From an uncultured virus (IMG/VR IMGVR_UViG_3300025466_000001) (lineage: Duplodnaviria; Heunggongvirae; Uroviricota; Caudoviricetes), in the IMG/VR virus record IMGVR_UViG_3300025466_000001: a stretch of DNA of 64,000 nt, one strand, 5' to 3'. The notes below the pieces were generated by a model. That model was not told where the DNA came from. It saw nothing but the letters and a program-made list of their open reading frames with translations, and made no database searches. The first letter of the stretch is position 1. Every line of letters begins with the position of its first letter. A program made the translations under genes and the position numbers. Of this stretch, positions 9,959-21,600 are shown piece after piece.

Positions 9959-12142
9959 ATGGCATGGGTAGACGTAGGCATAGCGGCGGTTGAATTAGCG
10001 CCTGAAGTCGTAGGTGGGGCTGAAGCAGCTACAGCTGGTGCTGGCGCTATGGGCGCTTTTGATTTAGGCGCCTATGGTCTTGGCGCTGATGCAGGCATGG
10101 GCTTTACTGGAGATTTGTTCTCTTTAACCGGCGCAGGCGATACTTTAGGCGGCATGCTAGGTTTAGGCGGAGACGGCACTCTTGGAAGTATGGGTGGGTC
10201 TTTTGCAGGCCAGTCAGCATTTACCCTACCTCAAATGGGAGCCGATGTTGTTGCTGGCGGAGCTGGTGCTGGCGGAGCCGGTGTTAATGCAGCACAAGTA
10301 GCTGCAGCTGAAAACGTAGCTACAGGTGCAGGAGCAGGTGGTTCTTCAGTAGCTTCTGCAGCACCAGCGGTTTCAGCGGCCCCATCAACAGGCGGATTAA
10401 CAGCAGAACAAATGGCTGCGGGTTCGGGTAATCCCTATACTAGCGGTCTAGCTACAAATCAAATTGGTTCAGCCGAAGCAGCTGATGCTGCAGGCTATGG
10501 CGGTTCTACAAACGGCGCGGCTAATCAAGTAGCAGGCACAGCCCCATATACAGCAACTCCTACAGGCGGCGGTATTGGTGATACTGTTTCTAGCATTGGT
10601 AAATGGATTGGGGATAACCCCGGTAAGACCGCTGCTGGCTTAATGTTACTAAGCTCCATGATGCCACAAAACAGAGGTGTGCAACCTTCTGTTCAAACGC
10701 AAGGCTCTAACCCACTAGGCTTAAAGTCTTTGCCATCTAATTTCCACGGACAGTTCCCAGCGCAACCTACTCCATATCAAGCTCAATACACTAACTACTA
10801 CAAACCACGCGGTTACGCTGGTGGTGGTCAGATAACTTTGAATGATGGTACGCAGTTTGGTTTACCCCCCGGCGGTCCAGTAGAACAGATGTCTAGAGAT
10901 AATGCGTTAGGACAAAACCAAATGTTCCCGCAATCTCAGTTACAGACAAACGCTTTTTCAGCACCTACAAACACACCTATGGGCAGCAACATGATTGCGG
11001 CTGCTGGTGATACAAACGTTGATCCTTATACTGGGTCAGAGAAATTTGCGGGTGGCGGTTTAGCGGAACTACAAGCACAGACAGCACAAAATAACGCAGC
11101 GTTACAATCCCAAGCAGCTCAACAAAATCAGTTGCTCCAAGACGCTTTTAGTAGCTTGCAACAAAGCAGCCCTAACTACAACAACCAAAATCAGGCTTTA
11201 GGACCCGGAAGTACTGGCGGACAACCTGCTTACACTATTCCATTAACTCCACAAGCAGTTCTTCCATTTATTGCTGCTCCTGCAGCTCCTGCTGCTGCAC
11301 CCGGTACTCCTGCTGCTGTTGTAAGTAGTGGTGGTGACGGCGGAGGTGGTGGCGATGGTGGTGGCGGTATGGGCGCGGCTGGTGGTGTTGGTGAAGGCTC
11401 TGGCCCCGGCGCTGGCTTTGGTGGTGTTGGCTCTGCTTCAGCTTCTGCTGATGGTGCCGCAGACGGTGAAGGCGATGGTTCTGGAGACGGTTCTGGAGAT
11501 GGCTCTGGCGGTGCTGGTGATGGTGGAGGTTCAGGTGGCGGCGGTGGAGGCTCCGGTGATGGTGGCGGAGGTGGTGACGGTGGCGGTGACGGTGGAAGTT
11601 CTGGCGGCTACATATACGGCGACCATATTACACACGCTCCAAACTTTGAACCAAAACGTATGGCACCCGGCGGTATTGCTAGGTTAGTTAAACCAAAGCA
11701 CACTAATGCGGCAGCTATGGCAGCAATGCCAGACAATCAAGCGGCTGTTGCTGGTTTTGATAACGCTCGTTATAACGCTCAAATGCCTACAGGTGCTTCA
11801 GCTGGTTTATCTCCAACAATGCAGTTAGGGCAGTTAAATATGGCCGCTGGCGGTATTGCTTCTTTAGGCGGTTACGCTGCTGGTGGAAACCCTCATTTGC
11901 TAAAAGGCCCCGGTGATGGAATGTCCGATAATATCCCGGCTACGATTGCTGGTAAGCAACCTGCCCGTTTGGCTGATGGCGAGTTTGTGGTACCTGCTGA
12001 TGTTGTTTCTCATTTGGGTAATGGTTCTACTGATGCAGGCGCTAAAGTTCTTTACGATATGATGGCTAAGATTCGCAAAGCCCGTACAGGAAGACAGGCT
12101 CAAGGTAAACAAATTAATCCTAAGAAGTTTTTGCCAAAATGA
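9959..12142 (+). CDS. Internal virion/ejection protein, Gly/Ala-rich
   Basis: Repeated [MFY]AxGG motifs; C-terminal GPGDGMSDNIPA..LADGEFVV domain; poly-Gly/Asp tract. Confidence 0.65.
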   Translation: MAWVDVGIAAVELAPEVVGGAEAATAGAGAMGAFDLGAYGLGADAGMGFTGDLFSLTGAGDTLGGMLGLGGDGTLGSMGGSFAGQSAFTLPQMGADVVAGGAGAGGAGVNAAQVAAAENVATGAGAGGSSVASAAPAVSAAPSTGGLTAEQMAAGSGNPYTSGLATNQIGSAEAADAAGYGGSTNGAANQVAGTAPYTATPTGGGIGDTVSSIGKWIGDNPGKTAAGLMLLSSMMPQNRGVQPSVQTQGSNPLGLKSLPSNFHGQFPAQPTPYQAQYTNYYKPRGYAGGGQITLNDGTQFGLPPGGPVEQMSRDNALGQNQMFPQSQLQTNAFSAPTNTPMGSNMIAAAGDTNVDPYTGSEKFAGGGLAELQAQTAQNNAALQSQAAQQNQLLQDAFSSLQQSSPNYNNQNQALGPGSTGGQPAYTIPLTPQAVLPFIAAPAAPAAAPGTPAAVVSSGGDGGGGGDGGGGMGAAGGVGEGSGPGAGFGGVGSASASADGAADGEGDGSGDGSGDGSGGAGDGGGSGGGGGGSGDGGGGGDGGGDGGSSGGYIYGDHITHAPNFEPKRMAPGGIARLVKPKHTNAAAMAAMPDNQAAVAGFDNARYNAQMPTGASAGLSPTMQLGQLNMAAGGIASLGGYAAGGNPHLLKGPGDGMSDNIPATIAGKQPARLADGEFVVPADVVSHLGNGSTDAGAKVLYDMMAKIRKARTGRQAQGKQINPKKFLPK

Positions 12143-12552
12143 TTGAAGTTTCTATTGTTCCTGTAGAGCATCTCGACGCTTATTGGGGCAAGCTACTTCC
12201 TTTTATTGAGAAAGCCGCTGAGTACACCTATGGTAGATATTCAGTAGATAACTTGTACGATATGGTTAAAGAAGGCGACCATCAGTTATGGGTTGCTTTT
12301 GAAGGCGCTGAATTTAAGGGAACTGTATTAACCAACATAATGACTTATCCAAAGCGCAGGGTATTATGTATGGGTTTTTGTGGTGGCGAAGAACTTAGCG
12401 TTTGGAAAGAACCAATGCTAGCTTTGTTACGGCGCTTTGCTAAAGATATGGGTTGTGATGCCATTGAGGCATTTGGTCGCCCGGGCTGGGCTAAAATATT
12501 TAAAAACGATGGTTATCAAGCTAAGTGGGTAACTTTCGAGTTACCAATTTAA
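12139..12552 (+). CDS. Conserved protein among the internal-virion genes (possible acyltransferase-like fold)
   Basis: FAKDMGCDAIEAFGRPGWAK motif; position. Confidence 0.5.
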   Translation: MIEVSIVPVEHLDAYWGKLLPFIEKAAEYTYGRYSVDNLYDMVKEGDHQLWVAFEGAEFKGTVLTNIMTYPKRRVLCMGFCGGEELSVWKEPMLALLRRFAKDMGCDAIEAFGRPGWAKIFKNDGYQAKWVTFELPI

Positions 12553-12563
12553 AGGAGTAGGTT

Positions 12564-14174
12564 ATGGGTGGATTATTCGGCGGTGGAGGCGGAGGCGGTG
12601 GAGGTTCTCAGCCAACCTCAACAACAGTAAATAATGGTACGCTGCCAGCGTATCTACAGCCGTATGTTCAGAACATGCTCAATGCCACTCAGGCACAAAT
12701 CTATGGTACTGATGCTAACGGCAATTTAAATTCCACATTTCAACCATACACACCATACAGTAACAATCCACAAGACTATGTAGCTGGTGCGTCGCCTATG
12801 ATGCAGCAGTCGTATAACACGGCGGCTAATTTACAAACCCCTCAACAGTACGGCGCTGCTTCTGATCTAGCTACTACGTCTGGTTTAGGTGCGCTTAATA
12901 CAACGCAAACTGCTGGTATCTACGGCAACATGGGTTCTCAATACGGTGGTGCTGCTGCTAGTTTAGCCCCACAAGCACAACAATACGGTCAAAACGCTGC
13001 TGATATTGGTGCTGGTGGTATGGGTTATGGCGCAATGGGTGCTCAAGCTGGTCAAAATGCTGCTGCTATCGGAACTATGGGCGGCATGCGTTACGGTCAA
13101 CAAGGTGCACAAGCAGGTCAACAAGCAGCTAATATTGGTATGGCTGGTGGTTTAGGCTATGGAGCACAAGGTGCGCAAGCAGGACAAGCTGGCGCCGGTT
13201 ACGGTGCTATTGGCGCAGAACAAGGTTTAAGCTACGGACAGAATGCTCAAAATGCTGGAGCTGTTCAGTCTTATATGAACCCATACTTGCAGTCTACTTT
13301 AGCTCCAGCTCTACAATTACAAGCGCAACAGTTTGGCATGCAAAATGCACAGAACCAATCTCAGGCTACTCAACAAGGTGCCTTTGGTGGTGGACGTTCT
13401 GCTGTTATGCAGGGTTTAAATCAACAGAACCAAGCGCTTGCGCAGAATCAATTAGTTAGCAACGCTTACAACCAAGCATACAACACAGCCAATCAAAACA
13501 TGCAACAAGCTGCACAGCTTGGTATGCAAGGCGCACAAACAGGTATTCAAGGTCAACAAGCCGCTATGCAAGGCGCTGGTGTAGGTTTACAAGGTGTTGG
13601 TCAAGCATTAGCCGGACAGCAGGCTAATATTCAAGGAGCTCAAGCAGGGCTTCAAGGTGTTAACGCTGGTATCTCTGGACAAAATGCCGCTATGCAAGGT
13701 GCGCAAACAGGTTTGTCAGGACTTAACACAGCTATGCAAGGTCAACAAGCTGGTCTGGCTGGTTTAAACCAAGCCGGCAATTTGTTAGGTCAAGGCATGC
13801 AAGGCGCACAAGTTGGGCTGCAAGGTGTTGGCGCTCAGCAAGCAGGTTTTAGTCAAGCCGGTCAAGCAGGTACAAACTTGGCAAACATTGGCGGTCAACA
13901 ACTTGGTGCTACAGAAAACATTGCGCAGTTGCAGAACACATTGGGTTCACAACAACAGCAGCAACAACAGAACATCATTAACCAAGCTGTTCAAAACTAT
14001 GCTACTGCACAACAATATCCATACATGCAGTTGGGTATGTTGTCTAATATGATTCATGGTTTGCCTATGCAAGCTTCTACAACTCAACAGTACCAAGCAT
14101 TGCCTACAACAGCGCAGCAGATGATGGGCGCAGGTCTTGGCGCATTGGGCGCATACAAAGCATTTGGCTCTTAA
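12564..14174 (+). CDS. DNA transfer/ejection protein, G/Q/A repeats
   Basis: YMNPY and GAFGGGRS motifs; GxQGAQA heptads. Confidence 0.65.
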   Translation: MGGLFGGGGGGGGGSQPTSTTVNNGTLPAYLQPYVQNMLNATQAQIYGTDANGNLNSTFQPYTPYSNNPQDYVAGASPMMQQSYNTAANLQTPQQYGAASDLATTSGLGALNTTQTAGIYGNMGSQYGGAAASLAPQAQQYGQNAADIGAGGMGYGAMGAQAGQNAAAIGTMGGMRYGQQGAQAGQQAANIGMAGGLGYGAQGAQAGQAGAGYGAIGAEQGLSYGQNAQNAGAVQSYMNPYLQSTLAPALQLQAQQFGMQNAQNQSQATQQGAFGGGRSAVMQGLNQQNQALAQNQLVSNAYNQAYNTANQNMQQAAQLGMQGAQTGIQGQQAAMQGAGVGLQGVGQALAGQQANIQGAQAGLQGVNAGISGQNAAMQGAQTGLSGLNTAMQGQQAGLAGLNQAGNLLGQGMQGAQVGLQGVGAQQAGFSQAGQAGTNLANIGGQQLGATENIAQLQNTLGSQQQQQQQNIINQAVQNYATAQQYPYMQLGMLSNMIHGLPMQASTTQQYQALPTTAQQMMGAGLGALGAYKAFGS

Positions 14175-14183
14175 GGATTTAAA

Positions 14184-15656
14184 ATGATACCTTCATTGAC
14201 GCAGCAACAACCACAATCAAACGCTACTGGCGCAGGTATGTCTACGGACAACATGAAAGCCATGATGGAAAAAGCTAAGATGTTTAGCGATGGCGAACTT
14301 GCCGACATCTTGATGGGTAAGAGCATGGCTATTCCTCAGTTTGTGGCTATGACTGAAGCTATGGGTCGTAAGCAATTACGCACTGCCGTAGAAGGCCAAA
14401 TGGCTGGACAACAAACACAGCAGCCCACAGTAAAAGATCAGTTGATGACTGACGAAGAACGTGCCGCACACCAAGAAGCTATGGCTGCTATGCCACAAGG
14501 CGAAGCAGCTCCATCACCAGCAGAAGCACAAGGATTAGCGTCGTTACCAGCCCCTAACATGCAAGAGAAAGCTATGGCAGCCGGCGGTATTATTGCGTTT
14601 AGTGGTGAAGATGAAAGCCTTGTTAAAGAGCCATTAACTGCTGAACAGATGCAACAAATTATGAGCTATGGCAGTTTGCGTAAGTCTCCGGAAGATGTAG
14701 CAAAAGCGCAGGCAGAACAAAGCAGCTTCTTTATGAGCCCACGTACTCGTGCGGCTATGGCTGCGCCAGCTCCAGCAGCGCAACCTATTCCAACTGACCA
14801 AGCGCAACAGCAAGATATGCAAGGCAGCTCGCAACCCCCAGCAGCACCAGCAGCACCAGCAGCTCCTGTAACTAAACCTACAGGCATTCAACAAGTAGCA
14901 AACCCAGCAGACGTAGCGGCTATTCAAAAACGTATAGACCCATCATTAGCTAAGAAGGTTGCTGAAGAAAATCCTACTACGCCTCCTAAAGCCCCACGTC
15001 CTGACCCATTTGCAGGTATGGAACAAAGCCAAGAAGCGCTTGATAAGAAAGTCCAAAGTGAAAGAGACTTTGGTATTGGACAGTACATTATGCAACTTGG
15101 CGCTTCTATGATGAGCGTACCAAACGTAGGTAGAGCTTTTGCTGATGCTAATGAAAAGGGCATGCCCGGACTTGTTGCTAGTCGTAAAGCAATTAATGAA
15201 CTTGAAAAGAATCAACGTGACTACAACTTCCAGCTTGGTAAAGCTAAAGAAGCTCGTGAACAAGGCAACGAAGAACTGGCGCTCAAACACGAAGAATTGG
15301 CTCAGAAAGTTATCTACCAGTCTGGTGTATTGGCTGTTGAAAACCGTAAGGCTGGGGCTGAAGAACTTCGTGCTGGCGCTTATGCAAATCAGATTGGTTC
15401 TAAGGCTGACATTAAGAAAGAGAAGCTAGACGAAGCTATTGGTCGTGGCGCAGTTGAAATGCACAATAAGAACATGGCTGACTTCACCTTCGCTAGAAAC
15501 TTTGGTAAAATGAGTCCAGACCAGAAACAAGCGTATTTTTCTGATTTACGTCAACAAGCCGCCGGTTTGTATGGCAAGCAAGAAAACGTTGGTGGTACTG
15601 GATACTCGATGTCAGACATAGATGCTGCCATCGCCCGCAAGGAAAAGAAGTCTTAA
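14184..15656 (+). CDS. Internal virion/ejection protein
   Basis: MAAGGIIAF motif; helical; position. Confidence 0.6.
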   Translation: MIPSLTQQQPQSNATGAGMSTDNMKAMMEKAKMFSDGELADILMGKSMAIPQFVAMTEAMGRKQLRTAVEGQMAGQQTQQPTVKDQLMTDEERAAHQEAMAAMPQGEAAPSPAEAQGLASLPAPNMQEKAMAAGGIIAFSGEDESLVKEPLTAEQMQQIMSYGSLRKSPEDVAKAQAEQSSFFMSPRTRAAMAAPAPAAQPIPTDQAQQQDMQGSSQPPAAPAAPAAPVTKPTGIQQVANPADVAAIQKRIDPSLAKKVAEENPTTPPKAPRPDPFAGMEQSQEALDKKVQSERDFGIGQYIMQLGASMMSVPNVGRAFADANEKGMPGLVASRKAINELEKNQRDYNFQLGKAKEAREQGNEELALKHEELAQKVIYQSGVLAVENRKAGAEELRAGAYANQIGSKADIKKEKLDEAIGRGAVEMHNKNMADFTFARNFGKMSPDQKQAYFSDLRQQAAGLYGKQENVGGTGYSMSDIDAAIARKEKKS

Positions 15657-15682
15657 ACAATACAATTTAGAAAGCTTTACTG

Positions 15683-18600
15683 ATGGACTTAGATAGACTG
15701 TCGCTTGACGACCTAAAGGCGCTTCGCAGCAACAACCTAGACGGTATGTCTCTTGAAGGGTTGAACTATCTAAAAACACAGCAAAAGGCTTCTGTTCCTG
15801 CAAGAGAAGAACCCAAAGAAGACACAGGCGCTACAGGCGCCTTTAAGTCTAGCCTAGAAAGTATCAAGGGCGAACTCGGAGCATTGGCTGGCAAAACTGG
15901 TTTAATGGACCAAGCCGAAGCTGAGAAATACTATAAAGAACAAAAAGAAAAAGCTGCTGCATTAGCGCCTACAGAAAAAAGCTGGACTGAATCTCCTTTC
16001 CAAAAGCTTAAAGAAACAGCTGCTGGGTCTGTTCCTTATATGGCTGCCCCTCTTATTGCCGGTGGTGCTGCTGCATTGGGTGGTGCTCCTGCTTTGGTTG
16101 GCGCAGGTGCTGCTGGTATTGCTTCAGGTTTACAGTTTACTGGTTCTAACCTTGGTCGTCAGATGGAGGAAGGCAAGTCTTTAGAAGAAGCTAGTTTAGG
16201 CAAAGCTGCTGCAGCCGCAATTCCACAAGCTGCATTAGACGTAGTAGGGTTTAAATACATTCCGGGTGTACAAAAGATTTTTTCTTCTATAGGCAGAGAG
16301 CTTACAGAACAAGAAGCTTTAAACATTATTAAGGCTGGTACGCTAAAGACAGCAGGACAGTATATTGCTGGCGGTGCAAAGATCGGTGGTATTGAAGGCG
16401 CTACAGAAGCAGGTCAACAGTTCTTCGAGCGTTTACAGGCTGGTTTAAATTTAAATGATGAACAAGCACGTAAAGAATACTTAGACAACTTTATTGGTGG
16501 CGCTGCATTAGGTGTAGTGGCTTCTCCATTTGGTGTTCATGGTACTCGTGCAGATGCACAAAAAGTTGTTCAAGAGGCGCAAGCAAAACGAGATGTAGAA
16601 GCTCAAAAAGTAGCGCAAGAACAAGAAGCACAACAAGAATTTCAAAAACAACAGGCTGAAACAGGACAGGTTACAGGTGAAGCTGTACCCGCCGCTGAAC
16701 AAGTATCTCCACTCCCTAATGCCCCAAGCACACTAACTGCAGCTGAGCGTTTACAGCAAGAAGAAGATGCGGCTAAACAACAGCAAGAGCAAACTGCTTC
16801 TGCTTTGCGTCAACATCAAGTACTAAAGAACGAAGTAGATACACTGCAAGAGCAAGTTGCTAAAGCCGCTGAGCAAGGCAACGTAGATGCTATCACCACA
16901 TTAAGCCCACGCTTGCAGCAAATGCAGGCTGCCTACAAGACAAGCCAAGAAGCCATTAAGAAGATTAGCCCAGTTGAGCAATCGCCTGACGTACAGATGG
17001 CTGAGCTTCGTGGCAAGCTAAAACAAAAGATTGGCCAGCTACAAAAAGCTGGTGGTGTTACAGGCGACTTTGAAAAGATTAACAAAGTAGCTACAGAGAT
17101 TAAAGGTATTCAGACAAAGATTGATGACTTGTCTAAAGCTGGCACGCAGTTTGAGTTGTTTGAACCAGCCAAGATGGAGGCAGAGGCCAATCAGGCTAAG
17201 CAGCAACAAGCCGCCCAACGTCAGCAAGAACAACAAGATTTGTTTGCACAACTACCTCAAAAAGAAGCCCCCGGCCCATTAGATAAATACCAAGAAGGTT
17301 TGCGTGAGCTAGAAGAAGCCCATGCAGCCGGTGCTGATGAGCGTGCAGTTAACGACATTGTTGAGAAGATTCGCCACGCACAGATTGAAAAAGGCTTAAA
17401 GAGCGCTGCCCCAGCCGAAGAAGCTAACGCTCGAGTAGAAAGAGTTAAGCGTGCTATTGCTGAAGAACAACGCAACTATGCTAATGCTACAACTGAAGAA
17501 GAAAAAGCTACAGCTATTGCTAGTATGGGCGCATTACAAAAGCGTTTGGCAGAAGCTCAAACAGATAAAGCTAAACCACAACCCGAACGTGAGCAAGCAA
17601 CTGCTAAGGCAGACCAAGCCACTGCCCATGATACTTTGCTAGATGCTGTTGATGATCTAAAAGCAGGTCGTTATTTAGCCGGTGCCGACCCAAGAACCGC
17701 ATCATCGTTACGTTCCGGTATTGAAGCTAAGGCTAGAGATGCTACGGCTGGCTATATTGAAGCAGCAACACGTGAAGTTAATGCAGTTCGTGCTGCCAAT
17801 AAACAATCAGAACTAAGCACAGACGAAGCGCTTAAACTTGCCTTTGATTTAAAAGATACGCTTGATAAAGTTGTTGCCAATAAAAATGTTGGTGTACTAA
17901 GGGTTGCCCCTAACCAAGAAGTTAGCTATCTAGAAAAACAAATTGATGGCATTAAAAACAAATATACACAAGGTGCTGCTAGAAACTTAACTAGAGTACA
18001 GCCTTTCTTTACATCACAAGAACGTGATGCAACGCAGATGCTCAAAGCAGAGAAAGCTAAGAAGAACCCTAACCTACAAAAGATTCGCCAGCTTGAAAAA
18101 GAAGTTGCGGCTGGTAAACGTGAAGATGAGCGTATTGCCGCTGAGAAAGAAAAAGCAGAACTTAAAGAACCTGAAGGCGTAAACCCAGACCAATATAGTT
18201 TGTTTGGCGAAAAACAATTAGAGCCTATCGCTGCTGTTCGTGCTACCCATAAGAACTTCATGCGTTTTGTGGATACTCAGGCAGCTAAGTTTAAAGAAGC
18301 TCAAGGTAAAGCGGAAGAAAAACTAGCGCAGATTAAAGAGAAAGCTGATGCAGCTTTTGAAAAGCAACGTGCTATTGAGGCACGTAGCCCAGTACTAGAC
18401 AAAGAGTTTATGAGTCAGGTGCAAGCGCAGCGTCAGTTTGTTTTCGATGTTATTAACGCTGACAAATTAGTTACAGAGCTTCGTGGTATGGCTGAACGTA
18501 TTTGGCAGGATAAAGCTCACCCAGAACGCTTAGCTCAAATTGACGCGCTACACGCAGAAGCTAACAAAATTGTAGAAGCTAATATCCAAACAGAGAAAGC

Positions 18601-21600
18601 TATCCTACAAAGCATGGAACGTAGACTCGCTAAGATGGAAGCCCCATCTAAAGCTGCCCTACAAAACAAAGCCTATGCCGATAAAGCTAGAGCTATCGTA
18701 GCGCAAATGGAAGGCGACCTAAAGAAATTAAGTGAGCGCCAAACTGCTGAGAAACGTAAAGCCGAGACATTAGCTGCTGAGCGTTTAGCCGCATTACCAA
18801 GTAAGCGCCTTAAGACTGTTGTTACTGAGCGTGCCAAGTTTGGCAGAGAAGCTCCGACTGTTGCTAGGGTTATTACTGAGAAGCCAGCTAAGACAGCCGC
18901 ACAAAAAGCGGAAGAAGGCAGAGCCAAAGCTCGTGAAGCTGCAGAAGAACAAGCATCCCTTAAACGTGCACAGAAAGAACGTGCTGGTACAAGTCTTACA
19001 CAAGATAAAGATATTAGAGACGTTGTTCAACGTCAAGCTATGCGTACAGCCGAAGTATTGGGCAATCGCCCAGCAAAACTGGCCCCTAAAGCTAAGCCAA
19101 GCGCAGCGGAAAAAGCTACCGCTAAAGCTAATGAAAAGACGGCTAAGCAGATTGCAGATGCAAGGCGTTCTGAAAAAGAATACGCTGGTGAGGCTAATGT
19201 AGGTTTTGAAGACTACATGGAAATATCCGAAGGTTTAAAACATGGCTTTAGTGCACGTGAAGAATCCGCTCATGGCGGTGAAGGTCTAAGCCACGCAGAA
19301 GTTCAGAAAGTTGTTGACGGTGTTAAGTTACCGGAAGGCTTGAAGCTTACTGTGATGGAGAAGTTGCCTGAGCCAATTAAAGCCTACATTCGTGAGCGTG
19401 GCTATAACCCTGATACTATTCGTGGTTTCGTTACTGCTAATGGCAAAGTTGTAGTTGTAGCCAATAACCACGCAGACCTTAAAGATGTTGAAAAGACCAT
19501 TGCCCACGAAGTTACAGGTCACTTAGGGGTTGAGGGTATTCTAGGCAAAGAAGGCATGGCTGCATTTACCGCTAAAGTAATTAAGCAAGAAGGCGGTGTA
19601 ATGGAGTTGGCACGCAAGTTAGGTGTTCAAGACGATGCCTATGGCGCTTACTTAGCTGCCTTACGTTCCGGCAAGACTAAAGAAGAAGCTCAAGCTGCAG
19701 CAGTATCAGAAATGATTGCGCACACAGCAGAAGCTCGCCCAACTAAAGAGTTTATTGGTAAGGCTAAAGAGTTTATTGAAGCCCTGATGGGTGCGTTGCG
19801 TGCAGGTTTACGCAAGATGGGTATTGATTTACGCATTAACACCAACGACGTTTACAAGCTATTGCGTGATGCTCGTGAAGACTTTAAGGTTTCTCCCGGC
19901 GCTAGCGTAGAGGCTAATGGTGAAGTTAAGTTCCGTAGCCAGCCTAAGTACAACAGTAAGTTTGCTGATTTGGGGGCTGACGTTTCTAAAGTTGTTGCTA
20001 AGAATCAAACCACTAAGGACAAGATTAAAGCAGCCGCTAGTGGCATGAAAGTACCTAGCGATATTATGAAGCCTACAGGTATATTGTCCGAGAAAAACCG
20101 CCTAGCTTTCCGTACACGTTACATTGACCGCTTTGCTCCTGTAGAGAAGGTAGCTAACAAATTAGCGGAGAAGTTTAAAGATTCGCTAGTTGGCACACAG
20201 TTAATGTACTACCTCCGTATGCACGACCAAAACCTTAACTGGACTGCTCAGATTGCTTCGGGTGGCCCTATTGATTTAGTGGAAAGAAAACGTGCTGATG
20301 GTAAGAAAGAAACCATCCTAGAATCCCAAGACGGCGCTAGTTTGTTAAAGGTTTCCCAAGCACTTAAGAAAGCTGACGTTGGTGATGCCGATGCTGCCAA
20401 TCAATTGTTTACATTCTACTTAGCGGCTAAACGTGCTCAGCGTGTTGGTTTGGATACATTGAACTTTGACAAATCAGTTACACAGCCAATGCTGGATAGA
20501 GTCGTAAACCGCATTAACTCTGACCCACAAACCAAAGCAGCTTTTGAAGAAGCCGCTAAAATCTACAACGATTACAACAAAGGTTTGGTTGACTTTGCCG
20601 TTAAGACAGGTCGCCTCTCTAAAGAAGTTGGCGCTAAGTTACTAGAAGCTAAAGACTATGTGCCGTTCTATCGTGTGCGCCCTGATGGTTCAGTGATGCT
20701 AGATATTGGCGGAGCTACAACAGTTAACATAGGTAATATTACAGATCAGCCTTACCTACATGAGTTAGTCGGCGGCGATACCGCTATCCTTGATGTCTTT
20801 ACTAGCTCTTTGCAAAACACACGCATGCTAACAGATATGGCATTGCGTAACCTAGCTACTCGTAACGTAGCGTTTAGTTTGAGAGAACTAGGCTTGTTAC
20901 AGAAGAAGAAAGGCAGAGATGGAAAAGAATTTGGCTCCGGTATCTATGAAGGCAAAGGTCCTGCTAACGATTCTACTATTCGCTTTATGTTGGATGGCAA
21001 AGATCACTATGCAGTGGTGGATACTGACAGTATTGGTATTCCCGCAGACTTACTTGTAAAAGGTATGGATGGCGTACAGGTTTCAGTTCCTAATCTAGTT
21101 AAGATGGCTGGTATCCCAGCACGTATGCTCCGCAGCTTTATTACAAGGAACCCAGCTTACGCTGTCCGTCAAATCTCTCGTGACTCTTTATCAAACGCAT
21201 TTACTACTGGCGCTGATTCGATTCCTATTATTGATAACATGAAGCAGTTAGGCTCTATGCTACGTGGGGTTAATGAGGGTGAGTTGTTATTGAAGAAGCG
21301 TGGTATTTTGGGCGGTCAAGTTATTGGTGGCGCTTCAGATTCTATGCAAAAAGCTATGCTGCAAGTTATAGACGGCAAACCCGGCTGGAGCAAAGCGATG
21401 GCTTATCTAGACCACGTAGCTATGATGGGCGATGCTTCTTCTCGTGTAACTTCTTACAACAGCTTTATCAAACAAGGTTTGTCCGATATGGAAGCTACCT
21501 TGGCCTCTTTGGAAGCTATGAACTTTAGTAAGCGTGGTACATCCCCAAGCTTCTACTTGCTCAATCAAATGGTGCCGTTCTTGAACGCACAGATTCAAGG

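Noticed and set aside
11328..11610. GGN microsatellite-like tract and alternative-frame ORF
   Set aside because: Explained by the Gly/Asp-rich coding segment of ORF 9959
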